From: an uncultured Spirochaetota bacterium
GTDB lineage: Bacteria > Spirochaetota > Brevinematia > Brevinematales > JAOACQ01
DNA length: 64,000 nt
Direction of reading: 5' to 3'
Assembly: GCA_963783575.1 (NCBI GenBank)
Contig: CAWAOD010000004.1
Coordinates: 1 to 64,000 of the forward strand
Shown here one piece after another: positions 8,884-18,935 of this stretch (its first letter is position 1; the number at the start of each line of letters is the position of its first letter). The notes beneath the pieces are model-generated. The model was given only the letters and a program-made list of their open reading frames with translations, searched no databases and had not been told where the DNA came from. The translations under genes were made by a program, and so were the position numbers.

Positions 8884-11175
8884 TTAATCGGAAGACGGTT
8901 TGATATCGATGAGATTCAGCCTGACCTCTTCAACTCCCTGGTATTTATTAATCTCAGGTGATACGACAAGATCGAAAAGCAAAGTCTTTTCTCCCGGGCA
9001 ATTCAGCAAACCCTTCATTTTCTGGGCCCAGTTCCATCCGATGACAGGGATATCCTTTCCGTTTTTTGATATGTTCATCAATGAATGGCTGTTGTTCTTC
9101 CCGATTTCCCTGAACGCCGATATCTTAGCTTTTTTGACTATCAGTTTCGGGACCTCGTTACCGTTACCGGTCGGCTCGAGGATGTTTTCAAGATACCTTA
9201 TCATACTTAGCGTCAAATCATCAGTATTGTCCAGAACAGCGTCTATTGAAATTTCATCCTTAAAATCTTCCGGGTTGAATTGCTCCATATACTCCAGCAG
9301 CCTTGCTTTAAACTGTTCCAGATTATCCGACTTTATTATAAATCCCCCGGCCGACTTATGGCCTCCGAATTGTTCCATCAGATCGGAGGTATACTCAAGC
9401 ATTTTCATAACATCAAATCCAAAAACTGCGCGCACCGATCCGCTCGACATCTTTCCGTCAATTGAGATTATTACAGCCGGAAGCTGGAACTGGATGGAAA
9501 GCCGGTTGGCCAAAAGGCCTGTCGTACCTCGTGTAAATTCCTCCGATGATATGAAAATCAGCTTGTTTTTAACGATAGTCTCCTGATCCAGGAATTTATT
9601 GACTATCCCTACTCCGTCATCCACAACGCCTTTCCGGGTATTATCCTTATTCAGAATTTCCTGGACAAGCTCCTCGGCTTCCTTAATTTTATTGGATATA
9701 AGGAGCTCTACACTGAAACTCGCGTCACCGATCCTCCCCGGCGAATTCAGAAGCGGGGAAATGTTCCAGCTTATTTCCCTGCTTGTTATCTTTTCGGTGT
9801 TAAGATTGACCGCCCTAACAAGAAGAATCAGGCCTATTGAAGAATGGGCGATAAGACGGAGCCCTGTTTTTACAATCGTCCTGTTTTCGCCTGTAAGCGG
9901 CATTATATCGGCTATTGTTCCGATAGCGGCCAGCGGAAGGAATTCGAAATATTGCTCCATAAGCTTATTTGTCCTTCCAATGATAAGCCTTCGGTAAACC
10001 TCAGCGCAGAGTTCGCTGTCGGCGACGCTCCGGTGAAGAAAAGCCGGATTGATATAAACACCAAGGTTCTGGCCAATCGTGACAAGTTTATAATCGTTTG
10101 CCTTTTTCAGCATAACCCTGGCCATTTTTAACGTATCTTCCACAGGGTTGGTCAGAGTTACCTGTAAAATCTTTTTAAGATAATTATTGATAAATTTTAA
10201 ATCGAATTCGATGATATTATGGCCGATGATTTTCCTGTCACCGATAAAATTCAAGAATTTTTCAAGCGCTTCCCGGATCGGAATGCCGTCTTTTTCAAGC
10301 ATCTCATTTGTAAGGCCGTTTAACGCGGTAACTTCAGCGCAGACAGGCGTTGAACATTTTATCAGAGACTGAAATTCATCTATTTTAATGCCGTTTTTTA
10401 TCTTTACCGCGCCGATTTCTATAATCTCATCCTTTGTCGGATTCAAGCCCGTTGTTTCGATATCCAGAAAAACGATCTCAAGATTATGATAATCATTGAG
10501 AACATATTTTTCCGACAAAGCGCAGACAAGCTTAAAAGCGACCGAAGACCCGCAGAGCGTGCGGTACGGATAAAAGTCATCATGCATCTTAGGATTGATT
10601 ATGGCGTAAGCTTTTGGAATTACTTCCCTCGGTTCATGATGGTCGGTTATTATTATATCCAGCCCTAATGAATTGGCATACTCAATTTCCTCAACCGATG
10701 AAATCCCGCAATCAACAGTAATAACAAGATTGAACTCATTCATTGCGGCCCAGCTTATAACCTCCTTTGATATTCCGTAATTCTCAAGCCCTTCGGGAAC
10801 CCGGTACACGACATTGGCATCCATTTTTTGAAAAAACTTATAAAGAATTGCGGTCGCGGTAACGCCGTCAACATCCTTATCGCCGAAAATCAAAATTCCC
10901 TGTTTTTCCTGCAGGGCTTTTTCAATCCTGGATATCGCTTTTTCCATATCTTTAAAATAAAACGGTGAATGGAGATTCAAAACAGACGGCTTGGTATATT
11001 CCTGAACTGCCTCGAAGGTGTTTATCCCCCGGTTGATGAGGATGGATGTAATAAATTCGGGATAATGGAACCGGTCCATAAGCGAATCGAGAATCTTCCT
11101 GTCCGGCCTGGGTATATTCCATATCTTTTCAATATTGAAAATACCCTGAACCGGCTGATCTATTTCTTTAGCCAT
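8884..11175 (-). CDS. recJ: ssDNA exonuclease RecJ with an inserted DEDDh/DnaQ-like domain
   Basis: GDKDVDG, ITVDCG, TDHH, TIADIMPL, GGH motifs; internal LDIETTG/GHNIIEFD/HRSVAD. Confidence 0.9.
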   Translation of the reverse strand: MAKEIDQPVQGIFNIEKIWNIPRPDRKILDSLMDRFHYPEFITSILINRGINTFEAVQEYTKPSVLNLHSPFYFKDMEKAISRIEKALQEKQGILIFGDKDVDGVTATAILYKFFQKMDANVVYRVPEGLENYGISKEVISWAAMNEFNLVITVDCGISSVEEIEYANSLGLDIIITDHHEPREVIPKAYAIINPKMHDDFYPYRTLCGSSVAFKLVCALSEKYVLNDYHNLEIVFLDIETTGLNPTKDEIIEIGAVKIKNGIKIDEFQSLIKCSTPVCAEVTALNGLTNEMLEKDGIPIREALEKFLNFIGDRKIIGHNIIEFDLKFINNYLKKILQVTLTNPVEDTLKMARVMLKKANDYKLVTIGQNLGVYINPAFLHRSVADSELCAEVYRRLIIGRTNKLMEQYFEFLPLAAIGTIADIMPLTGENRTIVKTGLRLIAHSSIGLILLVRAVNLNTEKITSREISWNISPLLNSPGRIGDASFSVELLISNKIKEAEELVQEILNKDNTRKGVVDDGVGIVNKFLDQETIVKNKLIFISSEEFTRGTTGLLANRLSIQFQLPAVIISIDGKMSSGSVRAVFGFDVMKMLEYTSDLMEQFGGHKSAGGFIIKSDNLEQFKARLLEYMEQFNPEDFKDEISIDAVLDNTDDLTLSMIRYLENILEPTGNGNEVPKLIVKKAKISAFREIGKNNSHSLMNISKNGKDIPVIGWNWAQKMKGLLNCPGEKTLLFDLVVSPEINKYQGVEEVRLNLIDIKPSSD

Positions 11176-11186
11176 TTTGCCTCCAT

Positions 11187-11335
11187 GGGTTCACTGAAAA
11201 ATGAGTTAAAATTTGAAAACTATAACCAACCTTTTTTAATTGCATTTATAACTCATTGTTATAAAATAGGATATGACACCAATAGAATACTGTTTATTAA
11301 ACTTTTTAAGTTTTATGCTGATTTTCAGTGAACCC
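11187..11335. mobile_element. 149-bp MITE, copy 1
   Basis: TIR gggttcactgaaaa/ttttcagtgaaccc; 6-bp direct repeat CTCCAT; second copy at 27433. Confidence 0.9.
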
Positions 11336-11374
11336 CTCCATGGTAAAACAGCCGGGAAAGATTCATCCCGGTTT

Positions 11375-12301
11375 CTATTTTTCAAGTACAAGCGAGAGCA
11401 GTGCCATTCTTATAAATAAACCGTTATGAGCCTGACGAAAATAAGCCGCCCTCGGATCGCTGTCAACCTCATATTTTATTTCATCAACCCTTGGGAGCGG
11501 ATGCATCACAATTGAATTTTTTGATAAACAGTTCATTATGTTATTATCGATTATATAAATTCCCTTTGTTTTTTCATATTCTTCCATGCTTGAGAATCTT
11601 TCACGCTGAATCCTTGTTTGATAAATTACGTCAACTTTTGCGGCGACTTCTTCAAGACTGTCGGATTCCTCAAAATATACCCCATGCTTTTTCAGATGTT
11701 CTTTGATGTCTTCTTTCATTCTCACATTCGGTGGCGCCACGAAATAGATTTTAATATTCCGGTATTTTGTCAGCAGATACGCCAAGGATCGGACAGTCCT
11801 TCCGTTTGCAAGGTCTCCGACCATGGCAATCGAAATATCATCTATCCTGCCTATTTCTTTATCAATCGTGAAAAGATCCAGTAATGCCTGCGTTGGGTGC
11901 TGACCCGTGCCATCCCCGGCGTTGATAACAGGGACCTGTGAGACTAGACTTGCCTGCCTGGCGGCGCCAGTTTCGAAATGACGTATGACAATCACATCCC
12001 CGTATCCGTTCAGGACACGGATAGTGTCCTCAAGCGTTTCACCCTTTGCCGCGGATGAAAAGCTTGCCGCGTTTTCAGTAGAAATAACGCTGCCTCCAAG
12101 CTTTATCATAGCAGATTCGAACGATAGACGGGTTCTTGTAGAAGGTTCGTAAAAAAGAGTGATAAGGATTTTGTTTTTAAGAACGGTTATTTCCTGGGAG
12201 CGCTTTTCCATCAATCTTGCCGTTTCAAAGATGTTATCCAGGTCTTCCCGGGAAAACTGCTGTGATTCAATGATATGATGCAATTTCATAGCATTCTCCA
12301 T
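11375..12301 (-). CDS. pyrB: Aspartate carbamoyltransferase catalytic subunit
   Basis: FYEPSTRTRLSFE, HPTQALLD, MHPLPR. Confidence 0.96.
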   Translation of the reverse strand: MENAMKLHHIIESQQFSREDLDNIFETARLMEKRSQEITVLKNKILITLFYEPSTRTRLSFESAMIKLGGSVISTENAASFSSAAKGETLEDTIRVLNGYGDVIVIRHFETGAARQASLVSQVPVINAGDGTGQHPTQALLDLFTIDKEIGRIDDISIAMVGDLANGRTVRSLAYLLTKYRNIKIYFVAPPNVRMKEDIKEHLKKHGVYFEESDSLEEVAAKVDVIYQTRIQRERFSSMEEYEKTKGIYIIDNNIMNCLSKNSIVMHPLPRVDEIKYEVDSDPRAAYFRQAHNGLFIRMALLSLVLEK

Positions 12302-12720
12302 TTTTAATTTTTTCTAAATCCGTCTAAGTTTCAGAAATATACCCCAGGATAGAAATTTATTGTATTAAATACTTAATGATCTCCAGAATTTACGAATTGT
12401 AAATATTATAACTTAAAAATGGAATATTTTGAAGTTTTAGTTTAAAAACAATTTTTTATGAAAATGCAGGATTTTTTCTGGAATTTACCGGAACAGTTGT
12501 TCTTTAAATAAAACAGTTTTGTATGGTTAAAAACAGGAGAATGTTGCCATCCAGCCAGGCAATGGGGCTTTCATACCTTCTTTCTTGACAGCAGGAAATA
12601 AGGTGCAAAGAAAGAACCGCCCCTGAAAATACTATCGTTTTTTCCCTTTCATAAAACTTTTACATTATCATTTTGTAAATATTTCCAATACTAAATATAT
12701 TAATTTTCTAATAATTGTCT

Positions 12721-13008
12721 TTATCTGTCAAATCGAAAAAAGGTTTGATCGAAAAATAATGCTATTAAAATAAAATTTAAGCTAAACCCTAGAAAAATGA
12801 ATAATGTCCTTAAATTTAACTTAAATTCATACTTAAGAATAAGAAGAATGAATAGGCTGATTAATAAAAGTAATAATCCAAATATAGTGTTACCGATATG
12901 TGTGGAAAAAATAGCGTTCATTGGTTTTAGATTTTCAAGATATTTTGTCGGATAAGTTTGTTTCATTATAGAACTAAACATAAAAATTTTCAATTCAATT
13001 TGACTCAT
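12721..13008 (-). pseudogene. Small membrane-protein ORF or gene remnant
   Basis: Two hydrophobic segments, no clear RBS or family. Confidence 0.3.
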
Positions 13009-13174
13009 CAGGTTCTTTTCAAACCATAGTTACCGTAAAGCCTCGGTAATGTGGCTTTCACACTTTTTTTGAATGATCAAAAGAAAAAGTGTGCCATGGT
13101 GTTGTTATTCCAAATTTTATAAACGATTCTTAAAGAGCCTCAATTTGCAGTCCTAGCGGCGATCCCTTCGTCAA

Positions 13175-14865
13175 CAGACTGTGTGAAAACTCAGTAAAAT
13201 TTTATAGTAAAATCGATTAATTATACAAAAACTCCATTTTTTGATATATTTTTCAAGCTAAAAAAATCTTAGTTTAAAAAATCTATCCGAATACGATAAA
13301 CGATGGTTTATTAGCATCAAACCAGAGTCATAAGTCTCTTTATTCCCAATATATTCAATACTTTTATTAAATTATGAATGAATCCTGCCAAACTGGATTC
13401 CGTCAGAACGCCATCCTTTCCCTTCATTAAAAAATAACTGTAACCCATATTCCTTTTTATCGATCCAAATGGATGTTCACATATCTCTTTCCTTTTCTCT
13501 ATGATCTTTTTCCCGGCTTCAGAACGAATTTTCCTCTTGAAGTTCTCAATTTCTTCTTTTCTAACTGGTACTTTGATACTTCGTCCTTCCACGCTTTCAG
13601 TACACTTATTTCTTACTTCACATTGGCTGCATAAGCCGCACTTGTACCTGACTATCTCTTTTCCTCCATTGACCTTCTCTACTTTTTTCCCATTTCTCAC
13701 TAATGGGTTTCCCTCCGGACAATAATAAACATTTTGTCCCGGATCATATTTGAATTTATCAACCTGGTATTCTTCAGCAGGTACTCCTTTATTATCTTCT
13801 TTGCCTCGAATCCTTGCCTTATGTCCGTCATCCGGATTCGGCATATATACGTTATGTCCCTTATCTATACATTCCAGTATCTGCGGTTCGCTGTAATAAC
13901 CGGCATCCGATACTTTGACCGTTTCAGTCTCTACCTTAAGCTCGTCCTTTATTTCTTCTACTCGGTCACACATTCCTGCCATCTGTTTGATATCATTGTT
14001 TTCATTCGTCACATCAATCACCACAATCAGTTTATTCGCATCATCTACTGCCATCTGCAGATTATATGCAATGTCGGATTTCCCTTTATCATTCATAAAC
14101 CGGCTTTCCGGGTCATTTGAATAATATTTCTCCATTTCAGGATTTCCCTCAAAAATCTTTTTAATAGCCTCAACTTTATCCTTTTTTGTTTTCATTTTCT
14201 TTAAACGTTCCGCTATCTTTCCGGAAAGAAATTCAAATTCATTCTTTTCTTCCTTATCGTTCTTATCCATCTCGTTCAAATATTCTTCGATCTTTTGATC
14301 TATTCTATGTATGATTTCTTCTATGTTTTTCCTATGATAAACATTGTTATTGTGGTTTTGCGCACTGATCTTGGTTCCATCAATTCCAACAACGTCAAAT
14401 GATAAAAGCCCGGCTTTATGACATATCTTCAAAAATTCTCTGAATATCGACTGTATTCCCTTCTTATTATCTTTCCTGAAGTCGGCAATCGTCTTGAAAT
14501 CCGGCGCTAGTCGTCCAGTCAGCCACATCAACTCTGTGTTTCTTCGGCACTCTCTCTCTAATTTCCTGCTTGTCCTGATTTTATTCAAATATCCGTAAAT
14601 ATAGATTTTTAAAAGTATTTCGGATTTATATGAACTTCTGCCGGTTGATGCTTCTTTTACTTTAAAACCAACTCCTTTCATATTTAGCTTATCAACAAAA
14701 ATATCTATAAACCTTACCGGATCTTCTTCTCCTAACAGATCTTCCAGTGTTTCATTGAACAGAACTATCTGATCCCTTGATTCTCCCTCAATATGCTTCA
14801 TCTTTTACTCCGATTATTTTTGTTCTAATAATTATAGCATATTTACTGTGTTTTCACACAGTCTG
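13175..14865 (-). mobile_element. IS1182-family element
   Basis: Perfect 16-bp IR cagactgtgtgaaaac; CAA direct repeat; inserted in a cccttcgtcaagctcaggg REP-like motif. Confidence 0.92.
13317..14801 (-). CDS. IS1182-family transposase
   Basis: LLKIYIYGY, SRKLERE, PDFKTIADFR, IDGTK, DAGY, EHPFGSIK. Confidence 0.93.
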   Translation of the reverse strand: MKHIEGESRDQIVLFNETLEDLLGEEDPVRFIDIFVDKLNMKGVGFKVKEASTGRSSYKSEILLKIYIYGYLNKIRTSRKLERECRRNTELMWLTGRLAPDFKTIADFRKDNKKGIQSIFREFLKICHKAGLLSFDVVGIDGTKISAQNHNNNVYHRKNIEEIIHRIDQKIEEYLNEMDKNDKEEKNEFEFLSGKIAERLKKMKTKKDKVEAIKKIFEGNPEMEKYYSNDPESRFMNDKGKSDIAYNLQMAVDDANKLIVVIDVTNENNDIKQMAGMCDRVEEIKDELKVETETVKVSDAGYYSEPQILECIDKGHNVYMPNPDDGHKARIRGKEDNKGVPAEEYQVDKFKYDPGQNVYYCPEGNPLVRNGKKVEKVNGGKEIVRYKCGLCSQCEVRNKCTESVEGRSIKVPVRKEEIENFKRKIRSEAGKKIIEKRKEICEHPFGSIKRNMGYSYFLMKGKDGVLTESSLAGFIHNLIKVLNILGIKRLMTLV

Positions 14866-14973
14866 CAAGCTCAGGGCAGGCGAAATACGAACAGATCGAT
14901 TTATATGCCACCAATGATTATAAACTAAAACACCTCGTGAAGATATTCAGCTTATCTGGGGAATTATTAACAA

Positions 14974-15092
14974 GTTAGCCGCCTAAACCTCCAACAGTAC
15001 CTATTTTGACTTTTCCGGCTCGCTTGTAATTGGCAATAATCACTCCGCTTTGTTTAATAGAACTCTATATTAATGTAAATGCTGCCGGAATC
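14974..15092 (-). pseudogene. 3' remnant of a RibD-C/DHFR-like cassette gene ending in an R'' site
   Basis: Reads IPAAFTLI*SSIKQSGVIIANYKRAGKVKIGTVGGLGG*, paralogous to 15693-16286; stop TAA lies inside GGCTAAC. Confidence 0.75.
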
Positions 15093-15125
15093 GTATCACA
15101 AAGATCTATCGTTTTAGTTATGCAC

Positions 15126-15681
15126 TCATTTTTTTGTCGGCTCGTAGTAAAGAGCTACTGCACTACAACCAAATGTTTTTGTTTTTAAGAGTTGAAGATT
15201 AACTCTATCCTTGACGTTTTTAAATAATGGCAAGCCGCTTCCTAAAATAATTGGCTGAACGTCAAGCTGGTATTCATCAATTAAGTCAAATTGCGTTAAG
15301 GCTACTATTAAACTTGGGCTGCCAACTAAAATGTTTTTACCCGCTTGTCGCTTGAGTTCTAAAACATCTTCTTTAATGACTTCCTTTTCCAATTTTGTAT
15401 TTTTCCAATCAACATTTTTCAGCGTTCGTGAAAAAACAATCTTTGAAATATTGTCTATTAATACAGCAAATTCATCTGTTGGTTTGTTACCAGTAGGATT
15501 TTTTACCACAGATGGCCAATAACTTTCCATAAGCTGAAATGTTATCCTTCCAAAATATAATGGTGTCTGCGTTACTAAATAGCTCATTGTAATGTTGAAG
15601 TATTTCATCATCTGCAATCATTGCCGTGTGGTCGCAAAACCCGTCCAATGTCATATTGATTGCTGCAATTAGTTTTCTCAT
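15126..15681 (-). pseudogene. RibD-C/DHFR-like protein, frameshifted; followed by R'' site GCATAAC (15117-15123)
   Basis: MRKLIAAINMTLDG in one frame continues as FGRITFQLM...PIILGSG in another. Confidence 0.82.
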
Positions 15682-15692
15682 TTTATTTCTTC

Positions 15693-16286
15693 TTAAGCTC
15701 CAATAGTACCTGTCTTGACTTTTCCGGCTTGTTTGTAATTAGCAATAATCACTCCACTTGGTGTAACCGAACTTTCTATTAATGAAAATGCCGCCGGGAT
15801 CACGCCATTGATAAATAATTTTTTTCCTTTACCAAGAGTCAACGGGTAAATTTTGAGCCAGAGTTCATCCACTAAATCATTCTTAAGTAGCAGCTGGATG
15901 AGCTTAGCACTGCCCCAAACTTTAATGTCGGAGCCTTTTGAATTTTTGAGTTTTTCGATATCTGCCAAGCTTTTGAGGAAAACTGTGTTTTTCCAATCTG
16001 ACTTTTTCATGGTCTTGGACATGACGTATTTTGTGACATCATTGATACCTGGCCATCCATTTTCATGCTCTGGCCAGTAGGAGGCAAAAATCTCAAATGT
16101 TTTTCTGCCCAAAAGAAGGTCTGCAGGTTTCATCTGTTTTTCCATGACCTTACCAATAACATCGTCACCATAAGGCGCAACCCAACCGCCATATTTGAAA
16201 CCGCCTGATGTATCTTCCTCAGGTGCCCCAGGTGCTTGCATTACTCCATCTAGTGTAATCATTGATATGACGATTATTTTTCTCAT
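15693..16286 (-). CDS. RibD-C/dihydrofolate reductase-like protein
   Basis: MITLDGVMQAPG, LLGRKTF, LVDEL..PLTLGKG. Confidence 0.9.
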   Translation of the reverse strand: MRKIIVISMITLDGVMQAPGAPEEDTSGGFKYGGWVAPYGDDVIGKVMEKQMKPADLLLGRKTFEIFASYWPEHENGWPGINDVTKYVMSKTMKKSDWKNTVFLKSLADIEKLKNSKGSDIKVWGSAKLIQLLLKNDLVDELWLKIYPLTLGKGKKLFINGVIPAAFSLIESSVTPSGVIIANYKQAGKVKTGTIGA

Positions 16287-16532
16287 GTCCCGCCTCCTTC
16301 GTTAAAATTACATCCTCAAATGTTTAATGTCTAAAAACATTTTATCATTATCCTATTTTATTAAACCGTCTTTAGGTCAATTAATAAATACTTTAAGAAT
16401 TCTTTTTAATCAAGTAATTCAAACAAAATATTTACCAATAATCAACTAACCGAAAAATATAGCGCGATTTCATATCGTTTCTTTCGCCAGGACGGTGAAA
16501 CTATTTGCTATTATTAAGCCCACAAGTATTCC

Positions 16533-16616
16533 GTTTAACGGTACGTCCGAGTAGAGAAATCAGTATTGGTAGTGTCCTCTTAGCTTTGCGCAGCTCAGCT
16601 TGAACACCAGTTAGGC
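16533..16616 (-). repeat. attC-like site, 84 bp, with a classical-type first half
   Basis: Minus strand GCCTAAC-tggtg-TTCAAGC ... GTTAAAC. Confidence 0.6.
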
Positions 16617-16647
16617 CGCAGAGTGCTGTTGCGGCCTATAACCCTGC

Positions 16648-17034
16648 TTATTGGCCGGCCGGCGGTTGCCACAGTTCTACTTTGTTTCCTTCCGGATCGA
16701 TGACCCATGCAAACTTTCCATAATCGGATTCATCAATCTTTTCGAGAACGTTACAGCCTTCTTCTCGCAAGGCTTTGACCAATCCCTGAAGGTCTTCTAC
16801 TCTATAGTTGACCATGAAAGGAGCAGAGCTCGGAGCAAAGTGCTCGCTTTCTTGCGGATCGATCAACCACGCAGTTGTACCTGCAACAGGCTTGTCCTCG
16901 GCGTCGGTCCAATCGAAGGCAGCTCCGCCCCATTCTTGGACATCGATTCCTAGGTGCCGCTTATACCAAGCCTGTAGCGCCGGAGCAATCTTGGCCTTGA
17001 AGAAGATGCCGCCAATACCAGTGACTCGTTTCAT
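16648..17034 (-). CDS. VOC/glyoxalase-family protein, GC-rich
   Basis: MKRVTGIGGIFF...YGKFAWVIDPEGNKVELW. Confidence 0.9.
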   Translation of the reverse strand: MKRVTGIGGIFFKAKIAPALQAWYKRHLGIDVQEWGGAAFDWTDAEDKPVAGTTAWLIDPQESEHFAPSSAPFMVNYRVEDLQGLVKALREEGCNVLEKIDESDYGKFAWVIDPEGNKVELWQPPAGQ

Positions 17035-17344
17035 GAGACCTCCTATTTTGATATACTATTTATTGAATCTTCCATAATTTTATTCATCTGTATGTCTTCT
17101 TCAGAAACACTGGCTACAGTATCATCTCCTCTTTACTTGGGCATTTTTTTAGTACAGCTTAATAATAAATTTAACATCGAAACAAACATAATTATAAATC
17201 TTTTTCATCTTTACTCCATAATAAGAAGCATCATCTTTGTTTTAAAAAACTCATCATAGTCAATTAAATCCATATCATTAATACTTTCTGGAATATAATT
17301 CCTCTCCATGCTTTTTTTTGCAAATAATACCAAAGGGGGATAAT

Positions 17345-17710
17345 TTACAATCTTCTTTCTTCCATTAAAGCAAATATATTTTCATCCATATCCTTGAAAA
17401 AGGCTAGCCAGATTTCTTTATCATTGTATTTGGCTGTAAAATGCGGTTCTCTTATTGTTTTTACGCCTTTGTTTTTAATTTTCTCAAACTCGGAATTAAT
17501 TTCGTTTACCATAAAATATATTATCATTCCGAAAGGCTTTTTTTGATCCGATTCATTTTTACCGAGCATCAATCTTATTCCGTTTAAATCAAAAAGGGCA
17601 ACATTATTATCATGGAAAAGGTATTTCAATCCGATCGTATCCCTGTAAAATAACATCGATTTCTCGATATTAGAAACCGTTATTGCAATCTGGCCGATTT
17701 TGTCTATCAT
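17345..17710 (-). CDS. VOC/glyoxalase-family protein
   Basis: IGQIAITV..FYRDTIGL...AFFKDMDENIFAL. Confidence 0.88.
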   Translation of the reverse strand: MIDKIGQIAITVSNIEKSMLFYRDTIGLKYLFHDNNVALFDLNGIRLMLGKNESDQKKPFGMIIYFMVNEINSEFEKIKNKGVKTIREPHFTAKYNDKEIWLAFFKDMDENIFALMEERRL

Positions 17711-17799
17711 AATGCTCTCCTTATTTATTTAAAATTAATAATCCACTTTAAAAAAGTCAATGGTTTTATTTCTTTAGTGTATTGAGAAAAAGGCTTTTT

Positions 17800-17940
17800 A
17801 GATTTTTGACATTTGGATTACACCAAGCTATCAAGTAGCCTATTGGATAACCTTGATATAATGAATCAATTAAATCTCTTACTTTTGAAGCATCCCAGAC
17901 AAAAGGTCCTTGTATTTCTGGAATTATGAAATTGCCTTGA
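17800..17940 (-). pseudogene. N-terminal remnant of a DUF262 gene
   Basis: [29 protein letters not shown]. Confidence 0.75.
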
Positions 17941-18185
17941 AGGATGGCGGCTTTATAATAAAGCACCGCACATGGCGTACAACGTGAAGTGTAAACATCG
18001 TTTGCCGGTGCGATCATAGGGAGCATTGGCATGTGTTTTTGCTCTGCAAAAACCATTACAAAGGCAAATGTGGAAATGTCAAGAGTTTTTCCCATACCTG
18101 TACTCGGGTAATTTCCCACCCCTTCCACAAGAGTTTTTCCCATACCTTCCACGGGAGTTTTTCCCATAGGAGGAGGCAAGAATGG

Positions 18186-18935
18186 TTACTCAACCTCCTT
18201 ATTCAAATTTTGTATTCTGTAAGATTCTCCGCTCAAGTTATAAATATTTGAATGATGTAAAAGCCTGTCCAGAAGAGCTGTTGTCATAATCGGGTCTCCC
18301 ATCATTTCAGCCCAATCCTGAAATCCCTTATTCGATGTTATCACTATCGATGTCTTTTCATACAATTCACTTACAAGACTAAAGAATAGATTTGCCTCCT
18401 TCTTTTCGATAGGTGTGTAACCTATCTCATCAATGATTAATAAGTGTGACTTCATCATCCGGTTCAGCCTGAAAGAAGAACTTCTCTGGATGTCCGTTGT
18501 TTTAAGAAACTTAATGAGAGTAGTCATCCTTTCAAAGCAGACAATATATCCCTTTTCAACTGCCCGGATTCCGATACTAATTGACAGATGCGTTTTCCCC
18601 AGCCCCGGAGACCCAAAGAACAACAGGTTATGATGATTATCAATCCAGCGGAAATCCAATAACTGTGAAACATCCATTTTAGATATTCCATTCACTTTTT
18701 CAAAATTAAAACCTTCCACATCTTTGCGGACTGGGAAATGTGCTCCTGCCATATTCCGCTGAAAACGTTTTTCCACTCTATAATTCAATTCCAGAGAAAG
18801 CAGCCTCTGCAAAAAACTCAGATAAGACTCTTTCGCCTTTTCAGCCTCGCCGATTTCATCGTCAATCCGTTTAATCATCCCCTTCAACCCGAGAGTTGCA
18901 AGCTGCGTTATGATTTGTTCTCTTATCTTCAACAT
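18186..18935 (-). CDS. istB: IS21 helper ATPase IstB
   Basis: GSPGLGKT, LLIIDEIGY, TSN, ALLDRLLHH. Confidence 0.95.
   Translation of the reverse strand: MLKIREQIITQLATLGLKGMIKRIDDEIGEAEKAKESYLSFLQRLLSLELNYRVEKRFQRNMAGAHFPVRKDVEGFNFEKVNGISKMDVSQLLDFRWIDNHHNLLFFGSPGLGKTHLSISIGIRAVEKGYIVCFERMTTLIKFLKTTDIQRSSSFRLNRMMKSHLLIIDEIGYTPIEKKEANLFFSLVSELYEKTSIVITSNKGFQDWAEMMGDPIMTTALLDRLLHHSNIYNLSGESYRIQNLNKEVE

Noticed and set aside
18071..18175. Possible CRISPR-like direct repeats (gagtttttcccatacc)
   Set aside because: These are the subterminal repeats of the IS21 end, with no unique spacers.
17766..18179. 137-aa ORF
   Set aside because: Chimera of IS21 end repeats, an attC half and a DUF262 fragment.
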